Assembly (NCBI GenBank): GCA_026991575.1 | Contig: JALXBF010000138.1 | Span: 11,099-75,098 of the forward strand | Direction of reading: 5' to 3' | Source of the DNA: Planctomycetota bacterium | GTDB lineage: Bacteria; Planctomycetota; Planctomycetia; JALXBF01 | DNA length: 64,000 nucleotides | In this document: piece by piece, positions 34,376-44,265 of the stretch | Layout of the letters: every line of letters starts with the position of its first letter | How positions within the stretch are numbered: position 1 is the stretch's first letter | Notes under the pieces: generated by a model | Database searches by the model: none | Told to the model about the DNA's origin: nothing | The model's input: only the letters and a program-made list of their open reading frames with translations | Position numbers and translations under genes: made by a program

Positions 34376-35647
34376 CTAACGGATCTTCCGGTCCTTTGGC
34401 TCCTTTTCGGCCACGGCTGACGTCACGGGCAGCTTCAGCTCGATCCCGGGCTTCAGACGGTGCGGGTTCGGGAGGATGTCACGGTTAAGCTCGTAGATCT
34501 CTTTCCAGCGGCTACCACGCCCGAGCACGCGGCGGGCGATCGTCCACAGTGAGTCGCCTCGCCGCACGCGGTAAGTCCGCTGCGTCGGTTTGGCGGCCTG
34601 CTGCGTGACAGGCACGGAAGCGCGGGGGGCAGGTGTGGTCTTCGGTACCGGCGGTAGTGAGCCGTCGTCGCCGGCATCCTCGGCGGCCGCCGTGGTGAGC
34701 ACGGTGGAGCTGTCAACAGAACGCCGCAGATCTTCGTCGTTGCCTGCCAGGTCGGTTGATGGGGGCATCGAGTCTGTGGGTGGCGTGTTAGTCGGATAGG
34801 TGACAATCGGCGGAGGCGGTTCTTCGAGACCGGGGTCAGCGCCGGCAAGCAGATGCGCATCGGTGGCCCGGGAACGTAGCTCCTCGGAAGGCACCGGCTC
34901 ACCGGGCGACTGTAGGACCGGTGCCTCAGTTAGCTGCTGTGATGGATCAACCAACGTTGATTCCGGCGATACCGCGACAGGTACGGCTGCGTCCGTGGCT
35001 GCCGGTTGCGATGCACTCAACGGATCACGAGCCTCGCTCTGGGCTGGCTCCGTCGTCGCATTCGTTGGCGGGGTGACAGCCAGAATGGCTGGCGATGGTT
35101 CATCGGCTGGTTCGGTGGTTTCGACGTTCGGAGGGAGTTCGGGGGGCTGCGGCTCACCTTGCGGCTGCGTGCCGGCCATCGTGCCCGCGCTGCTGACGTC
35201 GCTGTCATCGGTGGTGGCCGAGGCGATCTCGTCGCGGCTTGCCGTGTCGGCGCCCTGGTCGGCCGGCACGAGCACCATGTCAACCTGTGGTTGACTGGCT
35301 GGATCGGGCTGATGGAGGCCGCCGGGAGCAGGCTCGGCCGGAACGTCGGAGGTTTCGGACGAGACGCCCGGCGGATTGGCCAGTGACTGAGCCAGCTGCG
35401 ACGGCAAGCTGACCGGTTCCGACGCGGGTTGGGGTGCGACAGACTGTTCTGTCCGCTCGACAACCTCAACTCTGCCGGCCTGATCAGGACCCGGCTGCGT
35501 GTCAGCATCGTCGGCCACGGAGCCGGCCCCGGCCGCCGCGACGTCGATCGGCTGGTGGTGCAGTCGCTTCAGGACGACAAAGCCAAAGACCAGCAAGAAG
35601 GCAGCGGTAAAGACGAGGCCCACGCGCGTGTCTCGTGCTAGGGACAT
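34376..35647 (-). CDS. LysM domain protein with N-terminal TM anchor and long Pro/Thr/Ala-rich linker
   Basis: C-terminal LysM YRVRRGDSLWTIARRVLGRGSRWKEIYELNRDILPNPHRLKPGIELKLP. Start probably ATG 35647 (MSLARDTRVGLVFTAAFLLVFGFVVL) with a GGAGAA RBS. Confidence 0.6.
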   Translation of the reverse strand: MSLARDTRVGLVFTAAFLLVFGFVVLKRLHHQPIDVAAAGAGSVADDADTQPGPDQAGRVEVVERTEQSVAPQPASEPVSLPSQLAQSLANPPGVSSETSDVPAEPAPGGLHQPDPASQPQVDMVLVPADQGADTASRDEIASATTDDSDVSSAGTMAGTQPQGEPQPPELPPNVETTEPADEPSPAILAVTPPTNATTEPAQSEARDPLSASQPAATDAAVPVAVSPESTLVDPSQQLTEAPVLQSPGEPVPSEELRSRATDAHLLAGADPGLEEPPPPIVTYPTNTPPTDSMPPSTDLAGNDEDLRRSVDSSTVLTTAAAEDAGDDGSLPPVPKTTPAPRASVPVTQQAAKPTQRTYRVRRGDSLWTIARRVLGRGSRWKEIYELNRDILPNPHRLKPGIELKLPVTSAVAEKEPKDRKIR

Positions 35648-35818
35648 GCCGTTCTCCGACGGATGCGTCACGTCATGCCATAGCTGTTTTGCGTACCGCA
35701 ACATTGCGGCAATGGGCCTCCATGCCAGCCGGTGCTCCTTACTGCGAGCATGCAGACACGTCGTTTCCCGGCCAGCGTACTGTGCGGCACAATCCTGGCG
35801 GAGCTGGCTCTTGTGGAT

Positions 35819-36756
35819 TCATCGGCTACCGGTCGGCGACCGGTCCAACGATTTGCGGAGCCGAGCGGCCCGTAGCTTGGCGCTGCGGGCGCGCGGGTTG
35901 GTGGCGATTTCCGTGGCTGAGGGGCGAATGGGTTTCTTCGTCAAGCGCTCCCACAGTTCCCGATCGGCAAATGCTCGCTTCACGAGGCGGTCCTCCAGCG
36001 AGTGGAAGCTGATCAGTACGGCGCGACCGCCAGGACGCAGGCAGTATGGGAGTTGCTCCAGCAAGCTGCACAGGGCGTCCAGCTCGCGATTCACGACGAT
36101 CCGCAACGCCTGAAAGGTTCGTGTGGCCGGATCGATGCGGCCCCGCTCATAGCCTGCGGGTACGGCCGCGCGGACGATCTCGGCCAGCTGTTCGCTCGTT
36201 TCGATCCGGCTGCGTCGCCGTGCTCGGACAATCGCTGCTGCGATGCGACGTGCGTACCGCTCCTCGCCGTACTGTTTCAGGATGCGGGCCAGCTCCGGTT
36301 CAGGCAGCTTATTGACCAGTTCAGCCGCCGTTGGGCCGGGAGCGGTCGGATCCATCCGCATGTCGAGCGGCCCGGACAGCCGAAAACTGAAGCCGCGGCC
36401 AGGGTCGGCCAGCTGGTCGGAGCTGATTCCCAGATCGGCCAGCACGCCGTCGACTCGGTCCACCCCGAGCTCGTCAAGCACCTGGCGAAGGTCGGCAAAG
36501 TCGGCGTGGCAAAGCCGGACGTTACCCAGACCATCCAGGCGTTGGGTTGCCAGTTGAAGCATGTCAGGATCACGGTCCAGGCCGATCAGCAACCCCCCGG
36601 GCGCGATGCGCGACAAGATGGCAGCCGAGTGTCCCCCCGATCCCACAGTGCAATCGACCACGATCGCGCCGGGCGCGGGGTTCAGGTAGCTGAGCACGGC
36701 ATCCAGCAGTACGGGCACATGCCGTGCGCTGGAGCGTTGCTGCCGCGCGTCGTCGC
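35819..36756 (-). CDS. rsmH: 16S rRNA (cytosine1402-N4)-methyltransferase RsmH (MraW)
   Basis: HVPVLLDAVLSYL...IVVDCTVGSGGHSAAIL...DLGISS motifs. The tracked ORF start (36805) runs into a terminator hairpin. GTG 36756 with a GGAGTG RBS is more likely. Confidence 0.8.
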
Positions 36757-36782
36757 TCACGGGTGGTTCACTCCCAAGGTAC

Positions 36783-36820
36783 GAAAAAAACGCGAAGGGC
36801 ATCACGAAACCCTTCGCGTT
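36783..36820 (-). terminator. Rho-independent terminator on the minus strand just upstream of rsmH
   Basis: Perfect 11-bp stem aacgcgaaggg/cccttcgcgtt, 10-nt loop, followed on the minus strand by T7. A second weaker hairpin+T7 lies at about 36838-36870. Confidence 0.5.
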
Positions 36821-37354
36821 GTGAGGTTGCGCAAAAAAAGGACGGCAGCCCGTTCCGTTCCGTCAGAACAGCAGGCCGGTGAACAAGCCAGACACCGGTG
36901 ATGGCTCGCTCATCCGAGCCCGTTGACCGCTGGCGTCCTCCTGACCTGGTCAAGCCGCCGTCGCCCACGCTACGCTTCGGCGCTACGCACGGCCCGATCG
37001 ATCCTTCTGCTGCGTCCTGCTGCGGCGATCGTCCTGATCGACGTTGCGCCTCCCTGCATGTCCTCCTCAGGCGTCCAGCCCTGAGTGCTTCCCTGCTCGG
37101 GATCGGACATCCTGCGTTGCCGTGGTGTAGCCGACACGCCGTGACAACCAGGGTCAGTTCGGTTGTGACAGCAGAAACGATACTGGCCGGCATGCGCGGT
37201 CGCAAGGCCAAGTGATGGTGGTTTCGCGGAAAATACGGCCAGCGTGTGAACGCCTGTTCATGGACTGGTAACCTTCCGGCATGGTTTTCCGTTACGTCTG
37301 GCATCGCGCTGCGCGGGAAGGTGTTCTGCGACTAAATCTGGATGAATCCGTGGG

Positions 37355-38527
37355 CTACGGCACGGCATGGCAGAGCCGCTCATAGAGCTGGACGTAGGCG
37401 GTCACCTCCGCCTGCACGTCCCAGCTTGCCATATACCGTCGGCCCCCTTCAGCGGCGCGGTCACGCAGTGCGCAGTCGTCCAGCGCACGGGCAATCGCAC
37501 TGGCCAGTTCATGGGGGGACTCAGGGGGAACCAGCACGCCCCCCCCGAAACGCTCAACCAACTCCCTGGCCCCCTCGACAGCCGTGACAACCACAGGCAA
37601 CCCGCAAGCCAACGCCTCCAGCACCACATTCGGTTGCCCTTCCCAGCGTGATGGCAACACAAGCAGATCGGCCGCTTGCATCAAGCTGGCCAGGTCATTG
37701 CGGAAGCCAAGCCAGCGAACCGCGTCCGCAACGCCCAGCGCGCCCGCCAGACGCTCATAGCTTGCCCGGTTACCCCGGCCGGCGACCCAGAGGACGATGT
37801 CCGGACGCTCATCCAACAGCAGCGGTAGACTTCTCAACAGCACGTCCAGTCCTTTCTGGTGCGTCAACCGGCCGGCGAACAGCAGCACCTCGTCCCGCTC
37901 CCCCGTGCCCAAGGCACGCCGGCACGCCGCACGGTCCACCGGGGGCTGTGGCGGTTCGACCGCGTTGGGAATCACCGTCAGACGGGCGCGGGCAACCCCA
38001 TGTCTCACCAGAAATTGTGCCACGCGGTCACTTACTGCCGTGACGTGATCGGCCAGCCGCCAGGTAAGCTGTTCGGCCACCCGCTGCCACCGATTGCCCC
38101 GCTCCGCAACGCGGACGCTCGCCACGACGGGCAGTGGCCGTAGCAGCTTCAGCACGCGGGCAGCTAGGTTGCCGTGGCACAGGATGCTGTGCACGATGTG
38201 TGGATCGAAGCGGTCGGCGATGCGAACGAGGCGGGCCAGGGCAAGGGGGGCTCGTGCCGGCGTTGCCGCCAGCGCGGTCACCGCATAGCCCTCCGCTTGC
38301 AGCGCTTGACCAAGGGCTCCCAAAGGGCCGAGCGAAACGATGTGCGGCTGCCACGCCGGGGGCAGGTGGCGGACCAGTCGGGCAAGGAATCGCTCGGCAC
38401 CTCCGATGTCGGTGTCCGTGATCACATACAGGACACGGTGCCGCAATCTGCAACAAGACCTGCGCTCGGTGCTACCACCTGGACGACGCAACGTGGCTGG
38501 TCCCGTTGTGTTTCCGCTCGCGGTCAC
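37355..38527 (-). CDS. glycosyltransferase family 4
   Basis: VLYVITDTDIGGAERF N-terminal GT-B motif. C-terminal EGQPNVVLEALACGLPVVVTAVEGAREL (EX7E-like). The start is uncertain (GTG at 38527 or an internal TTG). Confidence 0.8.
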   Translation of the reverse strand: MTASGNTTGPATLRRPGGSTERRSCCRLRHRVLYVITDTDIGGAERFLARLVRHLPPAWQPHIVSLGPLGALGQALQAEGYAVTALAATPARAPLALARLVRIADRFDPHIVHSILCHGNLAARVLKLLRPLPVVASVRVAERGNRWQRVAEQLTWRLADHVTAVSDRVAQFLVRHGVARARLTVIPNAVEPPQPPVDRAACRRALGTGERDEVLLFAGRLTHQKGLDVLLRSLPLLLDERPDIVLWVAGRGNRASYERLAGALGVADAVRWLGFRNDLASLMQAADLLVLPSRWEGQPNVVLEALACGLPVVVTAVEGARELVERFGGGVLVPPESPHELASAIARALDDCALRDRAAEGGRRYMASWDVQAEVTAYVQLYERLCHAVP

Positions 38528-38573
38528 GTGACGTAGGATGTCTTACGGAATGCAAATCTCGCAGCGTTCACCC

Positions 38574-39602
38574 ATGCGTCTCGACGAACTCGACTATCCA
38601 CTGCCAAAGCATCTGATTGCCTATGAGCCTGCCGCGCGACGCGATCAGTGCCGCCTCCTGGTGGTCGACCGTCGCCGGGGCACGACTGCGCACCGGCTCT
38701 TCGCAGAGCTGCCTCAATTTCTACGGCCGCGGGATCTGGTCGTTCTCAACGACACTCGCGTGCTGAAGGCAAGGGTGCGCGGCCGGCGTCGCACCGGAGG
38801 CCGCTGGGAAGGGTTGTTTCTGCGCCAGTGTGCGGACGGGGTCTGGGAACTGCTGTTGAAGAGCCGAGGCCGGCTTCGCGAGGGTGAAACGTTGTCCCTG
38901 GGTGAGCAAGGACGCTGGCAGCTAACATTGCTCGAGCGTTGCGGGGGCGGGCGATGGCGCGCTCGCATCGACCCCCCCGAACCGGCGGTTGTCGTGCTGG
39001 AGGAAATTGGCGAAGTGCCACTCCCGCCCTACATCAAACGCCCGGTCCAGCCCGACGATGAACGTTGGTACCAGACGGTCTTCGCTCGCCGGCCCGGATC
39101 GGTTGCGGCCCCTACGGCCGGCTTGCACTTCACGGGCGAGATCCTCGATGAGCTGGCTGCTCGCGGCGTCCGGCTGGCCTGGGTTACGCTCCACGTCGGC
39201 CCAGGGACCTTCCGGCCGATCGAAGCAGAACGGATCGAGGACCATCGCATTCATGCAGAGTGGTGCCGCGTGCCCGAAGAGACAGTGGCGGCAATCCGGC
39301 GCACCCGAGCTGCCGGGGGCCGGGTGCTAGCAGTCGGGACAACCGTCGTGCGCACGCTAGAAACCGCAGCCTTGGGCGGAGAGCTCCGGCCATTTGAAGG
39401 CGAGACCGACCTGTACATCTACCCACCGTTTACCTTCCGAGTGGTGGATCTGCTGCTGACGAATTTCCACCTGCCCAAGAGCACGCTGCTGGCGCTCGTG
39501 TATGCGTTCGGAGGCCGCGACTTGATCCGGCGGGCCTACGAGGAGGCGATCGCAGCCGGTTACCGTTTTTACAGCTACGGCGACGCGATGTTGATCCTGT
39601 GA
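38574..39602 (+). CDS. queA: S-adenosylmethionine:tRNA ribosyltransferase-isomerase
   Basis: MRLDELDYPLPKHLIAYEPAARRDQCRLLVV...VLNDTRVLKARV...TAGLHFT...ALVYAFGG. An alternative upstream ATG lies at 38538. Confidence 0.85.
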   Translation: MRLDELDYPLPKHLIAYEPAARRDQCRLLVVDRRRGTTAHRLFAELPQFLRPRDLVVLNDTRVLKARVRGRRRTGGRWEGLFLRQCADGVWELLLKSRGRLREGETLSLGEQGRWQLTLLERCGGGRWRARIDPPEPAVVVLEEIGEVPLPPYIKRPVQPDDERWYQTVFARRPGSVAAPTAGLHFTGEILDELAARGVRLAWVTLHVGPGTFRPIEAERIEDHRIHAEWCRVPEETVAAIRRTRAAGGRVLAVGTTVVRTLETAALGGELRPFEGETDLYIYPPFTFRVVDLLLTNFHLPKSTLLALVYAFGGRDLIRRAYEEAIAAGYRFYSYGDAMLIL

Positions 39603-39728
39603 TCTATCCCACGGTAGGGCCTTTCTCCGCAGGCAGCCCGCAACGCACACCGGAACCGCGCCCGTTGTTGGACTGCAGCCCCGGCGGCGACAGCAGCAGA
39701 AGCTCGGGCCCCGGTGGGCAGTGGCCGG

Positions 39729-41561
39729 CTAGCGGCGGCCCAGCGTCACTTCAAAAGTCAGCTCCTTGTTGTCCCGCTTCACGACGACCTTTACCTTCTG
39801 ACCGGGCTTGTATTCCCGTAGCGCCTGGTCCAGATCCTCCAGGCCATGGATTTCGATGTCGCCGATCTTGACGATGACGTCACCGGCTTTCAGGCCTGCC
39901 TTCTGTGCCGGCCCGCCTTCCGTAACAGCATCCAGCAGGACGCCATCGACATCCGTGTTACCGAAGGAGGGGACCGACCCCAGGTATGCCCGTTCGCTTT
40001 GCTGGCCGCGACGTGGCCGCTGCGGCGCGACGTGCACGTAGGCCGGTCGCTTCGGCGCATTGGCCACTCGCACGACCACGTCGTAGACCATGTCTACGAT
40101 CCGTGCCATGCCCTCGTAGTTGAGCTTGTCCCAGTCATCGGTCGGCTTGTGGTAGTCGGGATGCAAGTCGGTGAAAAAGTGCAGGACCGGAATCCGCTTG
40201 CGGTAAAACGAAGCGTGGTCGCTCGGGCCAAAGCCAGTTTTCACCGCCTTAAGATCGAAGCCGTACTGTTTGGCGAGTTCCGGGATCCACTGGCCAAATT
40301 CTGGTGCCGTGCCCGTACCGTAGACGATCAGCTTGTCCTTCCTCAGCCGGCCGACCATGTCGAGGTTAATCATGGCGACGACCTTCTCCAGCGGTACGGT
40401 CGGATGTTGGACGAAGTGGGCTGAGCCGAGTAGGCCGCGCTCCTCGGCTGCGAACAGGATGAACAGGATCGATCGGTCCGTACCTGCCTCTTTGAGCCGG
40501 CGAGCCAGTTCCAGCACGGACGCTGTGCCGCTGGCGTTATCGTCCGCTCCGTTGTGTACCGTGCGTGTGCCCGGTGCCAGTGAGCCGGGGCCGCCCAACC
40601 CGACGTGATCATAATGGGCACCGACAACCACGAACTCATCCTTGTGCTTGCCCGTGCCGGGAAGCATGGCCAGCACGTTGCGCACGTACGCCTTCGCCTG
40701 CTCAAGCTTGCATCCGTAGCGAACACGCACGCCGTCAAGCGGACAGCTTCGCGGCTTCAAATCCCGGTCAATCGCCTCGGCTAACTCGGCCAGGGTCTTG
40801 CCTGTTGCCTCTTTCAGCAATCGGTCGGCTAGCTCTCGTCTGATGTGAAACAGTGGGATGCGGACCGCTTGCCGTTGTCCGCCGTAGCCGAACGGCATCA
40901 GCGTGTCTTCTTCTTTGGCAAGCGTGAACGGGTCGGTCACGAACAGTACCGCCTTGGCTCCGAGTGACTGGGCCAACCGCGCTTTGGTCAGCAGGGCAGA
41001 GTGGCGCGTCTGCGTCTTGCCTCGGAACGGTCCGTCATCGTCCTCCGCCCCTTGACGCGGTTCACGCCGCATGACCAAGACGACCTTGCCCTTGACATCC
41101 AGGTCCGCGTAGTCGTTGTAGTTGTATTCCGGGGCGCGGATGCCGTAACCGGCAAACACCAGGGGGGCTTCGCCCGTGCCGGCTCCGCCGAAGGAAAGCA
41201 CGGTGAAGTCCGTGCCGGGACTGAGCGTCAGCTTGGTTGACTCTGCCAGGGTTAGTTCCAGCGTGGGCGTTCCTACGAGCTTACGGCCAGTGACGACCGG
41301 AAACTGCTGGAAGAAGGTTCCTTCCTCGCCCGCCGGTGCGAGCCCCAGCTCCTCAAACTGCTTGGCCAGGTACTCCGCAGCTAGCTCGATCCCTTTCGTG
41401 CCCACGCCTCGCCCTTCCAGCTCGTCGGAAGCAAGGTACATCACGTGGGCCTTTAGCCGGCTGATCGTATCGGTACGCTTGTCCTTGTCCGTGCCGCTCA
41501 GTGTTGCCGGGACCGCGATCACCACCAGGAGCGGTGCAAGGAGGATTCGGCGCAGACGCAT
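39729..41561 (-). CDS. M28 family peptidase (PA domain) with C-terminal PDZ domain, secreted
   Basis: Signal peptide MRLRRILLAPLLVVIAVPATLSG. M28 zinc-ligand region (VVGAHYDHVGLG...NGADDNASG...E-ERGLLGS). PDZ GGPAQKAGLKAGDVIVKIGDIEI. GGAGG RBS before ATG 41561. Confidence 0.8.
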   Translation of the reverse strand: MRLRRILLAPLLVVIAVPATLSGTDKDKRTDTISRLKAHVMYLASDELEGRGVGTKGIELAAEYLAKQFEELGLAPAGEEGTFFQQFPVVTGRKLVGTPTLELTLAESTKLTLSPGTDFTVLSFGGAGTGEAPLVFAGYGIRAPEYNYNDYADLDVKGKVVLVMRREPRQGAEDDDGPFRGKTQTRHSALLTKARLAQSLGAKAVLFVTDPFTLAKEEDTLMPFGYGGQRQAVRIPLFHIRRELADRLLKEATGKTLAELAEAIDRDLKPRSCPLDGVRVRYGCKLEQAKAYVRNVLAMLPGTGKHKDEFVVVGAHYDHVGLGGPGSLAPGTRTVHNGADDNASGTASVLELARRLKEAGTDRSILFILFAAEERGLLGSAHFVQHPTVPLEKVVAMINLDMVGRLRKDKLIVYGTGTAPEFGQWIPELAKQYGFDLKAVKTGFGPSDHASFYRKRIPVLHFFTDLHPDYHKPTDDWDKLNYEGMARIVDMVYDVVVRVANAPKRPAYVHVAPQRPRRGQQSERAYLGSVPSFGNTDVDGVLLDAVTEGGPAQKAGLKAGDVIVKIGDIEIHGLEDLDQALREYKPGQKVKVVVKRDNKELTFEVTLGRR

Positions 41562-41750
41562 GGACACCTCCGCAGCAAACCAACAGATCCGTTATCCTGT
41601 GACGAAGACGGGCGAAGCTTCCCTGATTGTACAGTGTGCTACCGGTGGCGCAGTCCGTGCTAACGGCTCGGCTGCTCGACCAGTCCTGTTGGCGAACTAC
41701 AATTGGGCAGGTGTGGACGGCCACGTCGGCAGCCAATCTGGTGAGGACCC

Positions 41751-43493
41751 GTGCGTAGCGCCGCTGAACCGAAGCCGCTGGCCACGCTTCTGGTGGTTCT
41801 GGGGCCCGACCAGGGCAAGGCATTGCAGCTCAGGCCGGGTACCTACCGCATCGGTCGTGACCGACACAGCCATTTGCAGTTGCGCGACACGGAGGTTTCG
41901 CGTAAGCATGCGCTGTTGCAGGTTAGCCACGAGGGGATCTGGCTGGAGGATATCGGCAGTTCGAACGGGACGTTTGTCAATGGCGATCGGGTGACTCGCC
42001 GGCAGCTACGCCCTGGTGACCGGATCCGTATGGGCCGTAGTGTGCTGGTGGTCACGGCGGCCGAGGGCGAAGCTGCGACTGCCTCGGCAACGCGGGTGGA
42101 TCTGGTGGCCGGGAATCCGGCCATCGAGCACTCGGCGATTGTCCATCGGCTTGCTCAGCAACCCGGTGCGGCAGAACTGTTGAGTGCTGAGGCGTTGGCG
42201 GGGCAGCGGCCCGGCGTGGCCCTGGCTCATCTGCGCATCCTCTTTGAAGCGAGCCAGGCCGTCAGCCGCATCGGCGAAATCCCCGATCTACTCCAGCGCA
42301 TCCTCGAGCTGGCACTGCGGTCGGTGCCGGCAGAGCGGGGGGTGGCACTCGTGCGCGAAGAGGGCCAAGAGGACTGCGTTCCGGTCGCGGTGGTCACGCG
42401 TGCTGGTGACCGGGGCGAGAACATCCGGATCAGCCGGACGATCATCGACTACGTGCTTCGCAACCGTGAAGGGGTCTTGACCAGCGACGCTCGGAAAGAC
42501 ACCCGCTTTTTCGGCGGCGCCAGCATCCAGCAGTTCGCGATCCGCGAAGCGATCTGCGTGCCGATGGAAGGGCGGCATGAGATCGTTGGCGTCCTGTACC
42601 TGGACCGGCGGGCTTCGGTGACCGGCCACGGGACCAGCGAGCGAGCAGCGACGGACTTCACGCCCGAGCATCTACAGCTCGCTCTGGCTGTAGGCCGGAT
42701 CGCCGCACTGGCGGTGGAAGAAACGCAGTACTACCGGGCGCTGCTCAGGGCGGAGCGGCTGGCGGCTGTGGGCCAGGCGATGGCAGCGTTGAGCCATCAC
42801 ATCAAGAACATCCTGCAAGGCTTGCGCACCGGTGGCGACCTGATCGAGATGGGGCTGGCTCGTCATGATGAGGGGTTCGTTCGGCAGGGTTGGCAGATCG
42901 TTAACCGGAACCAGAGCCGGATCTACCACCTGGTCATGGACATGCTGTCGTACTCCAAGGACCGAACCCCGTTGTGGGAGCCGCTGCGGCTTTCGGAGCT
43001 AATGCGCGACGTGATCGATCTGTTGCAGTCGCGTGCCTCGGAAGCCGATGTCGAGCTTTCGGTGGAGTTGCCCGAGGATGACGACGTGCTCTTTTACGCC
43101 GATCCCCAGGGGATTCACCAGGCGATCCTCAATCTGGGGCTCAATGCGATCGATGCGGTACGCGACATGGAGCGGGGACAGGTGCAGGTGCGTGTCCGCT
43201 GCGATCGGCACCAGCAACAAGAGCTGATCATCGAAGTCCAGGACAACGGTCCCGGCGTGCCGCCGGAGTTGCGTCAGAAGATCTTCTCGCCGTTCTTCTC
43301 CACGAAGGGGTCGCGCGGCACCGGTCTGGGGCTGGCGGTTACGGAGAAGATCGTGCGGGAACACGAGGGCAGGGTAGAACTTGAGAGTGAGCCCGGTCAG
43401 GGTGCCCTGTTTCGCATCATCCTGCCGCTGCGGACCGAACCGCCCGCGTTGGCCGGGGACGAGGACGCCTCGTCCTTGCCCACGCTCCCCTGA
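41751..43493 (+). CDS. sensor histidine kinase with N-terminal FHA domain and GAF domain (soluble)
   Basis: FHA (YRIGRDRHSHLQLRDTEVSRKHALLQV...DIGSSNGTFVNGDRV). A GAF-like middle region. HisKA H-box (MAALSHHIKNILQGL). HATPase_c (DNGPGVP...GTGLGLAVTEKIV). No TM segments. Confidence 0.8.
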   Translation: MRSAAEPKPLATLLVVLGPDQGKALQLRPGTYRIGRDRHSHLQLRDTEVSRKHALLQVSHEGIWLEDIGSSNGTFVNGDRVTRRQLRPGDRIRMGRSVLVVTAAEGEAATASATRVDLVAGNPAIEHSAIVHRLAQQPGAAELLSAEALAGQRPGVALAHLRILFEASQAVSRIGEIPDLLQRILELALRSVPAERGVALVREEGQEDCVPVAVVTRAGDRGENIRISRTIIDYVLRNREGVLTSDARKDTRFFGGASIQQFAIREAICVPMEGRHEIVGVLYLDRRASVTGHGTSERAATDFTPEHLQLALAVGRIAALAVEETQYYRALLRAERLAAVGQAMAALSHHIKNILQGLRTGGDLIEMGLARHDEGFVRQGWQIVNRNQSRIYHLVMDMLSYSKDRTPLWEPLRLSELMRDVIDLLQSRASEADVELSVELPEDDDVLFYADPQGIHQAILNLGLNAIDAVRDMERGQVQVRVRCDRHQQQELIIEVQDNGPGVPPELRQKIFSPFFSTKGSRGTGLGLAVTEKIVREHEGRVELESEPGQGALFRIILPLRTEPPALAGDEDASSLPTLP

Positions 43494-43502
43494 CGTCACC
43501 TA

Positions 43503-44156
43503 TCACAGAAACGGGTTCGTCCACTTCTCATGGCCGATGGTCGTGCTGGGGCCATGGCCCGGGTAGACGCGGGTCTCGGCCGGCAAACTCAGCAGCTTAG
43601 TACGAATGCTGTGCAGCAGGAGGGCCGGGTCGCCGCCGGGGATGTCGGTACGGCCGATGGAGCCGGCGAACAGCACATCGCCCGCGAACAGACTCCACGG
43701 GGTTGTCGCACGCAGCAGGTAGGCAACGTGGCCGGGCGTGTGGCCAGGAACGGCGAGTACCTCAAAGCTCAGGCCGGCGTATTCGACCGTGTCGCCGTCA
43801 TCGAGCAACACGTCGGCCGGCGGGCTGGTAACCTCAAGCCCTGCCATGAACGACAGGTTCAAGGTTGGATCGGCAAGCATCGGAGCGTCGTTGCGGCCGA
43901 TCAGTAGGGGCGCATCAGGAAACTGCTCCTTCAGTGCTCGGTTCCCCCCGATGTGGTCGCCGTGGCCGTGCGTGTTGAAAATGGCTGCCACGTTCAAGCC
44001 GCGCCTTGCAATTTCTTCAAGAACCCGTAACACTTCAATCCCCGGGTCGATCACCACGGCGTCAGTTTGGCCTTCTTGCCAGACGAGGTAGGTGTTCTCA
44101 GCCAGTGGGGCCGTTTCGATCACGGCAACCTCAATGGCAGGCGGCTCCTGGCTCAT
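43503..44156 (-). CDS. MBL-fold metallo-hydrolase (hydroxyacylglutathione hydrolase-like)
   Basis: HGHGDHIGG (HxHxDH) and VPGHTPGHVAYLL motifs. 217 aa. Confidence 0.8.
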   Translation of the reverse strand: MSQEPPAIEVAVIETAPLAENTYLVWQEGQTDAVVIDPGIEVLRVLEEIARRGLNVAAIFNTHGHGDHIGGNRALKEQFPDAPLLIGRNDAPMLADPTLNLSFMAGLEVTSPPADVLLDDGDTVEYAGLSFEVLAVPGHTPGHVAYLLRATTPWSLFAGDVLFAGSIGRTDIPGGDPALLLHSIRTKLLSLPAETRVYPGHGPSTTIGHEKWTNPFL

Positions 44157-44265
44157 AGGTCGATCCCCGTTGGCACAGTGTTTGCTTGACGGACGCTACC
44201 GACTCGGTTGGCAGCACTCGCGCATGAACCGCACCGGACAGTCCTCCTCGGCATGGAGGTGGCGA

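Noticed and set aside
36768-37304. 178-aa minus-strand ORF upstream of rsmH
   Set aside because: AT-rich third codon positions and Arg-rich composition. It reads through two intrinsic terminator hairpins. It is not MraZ-like (no DxxGR repeats).
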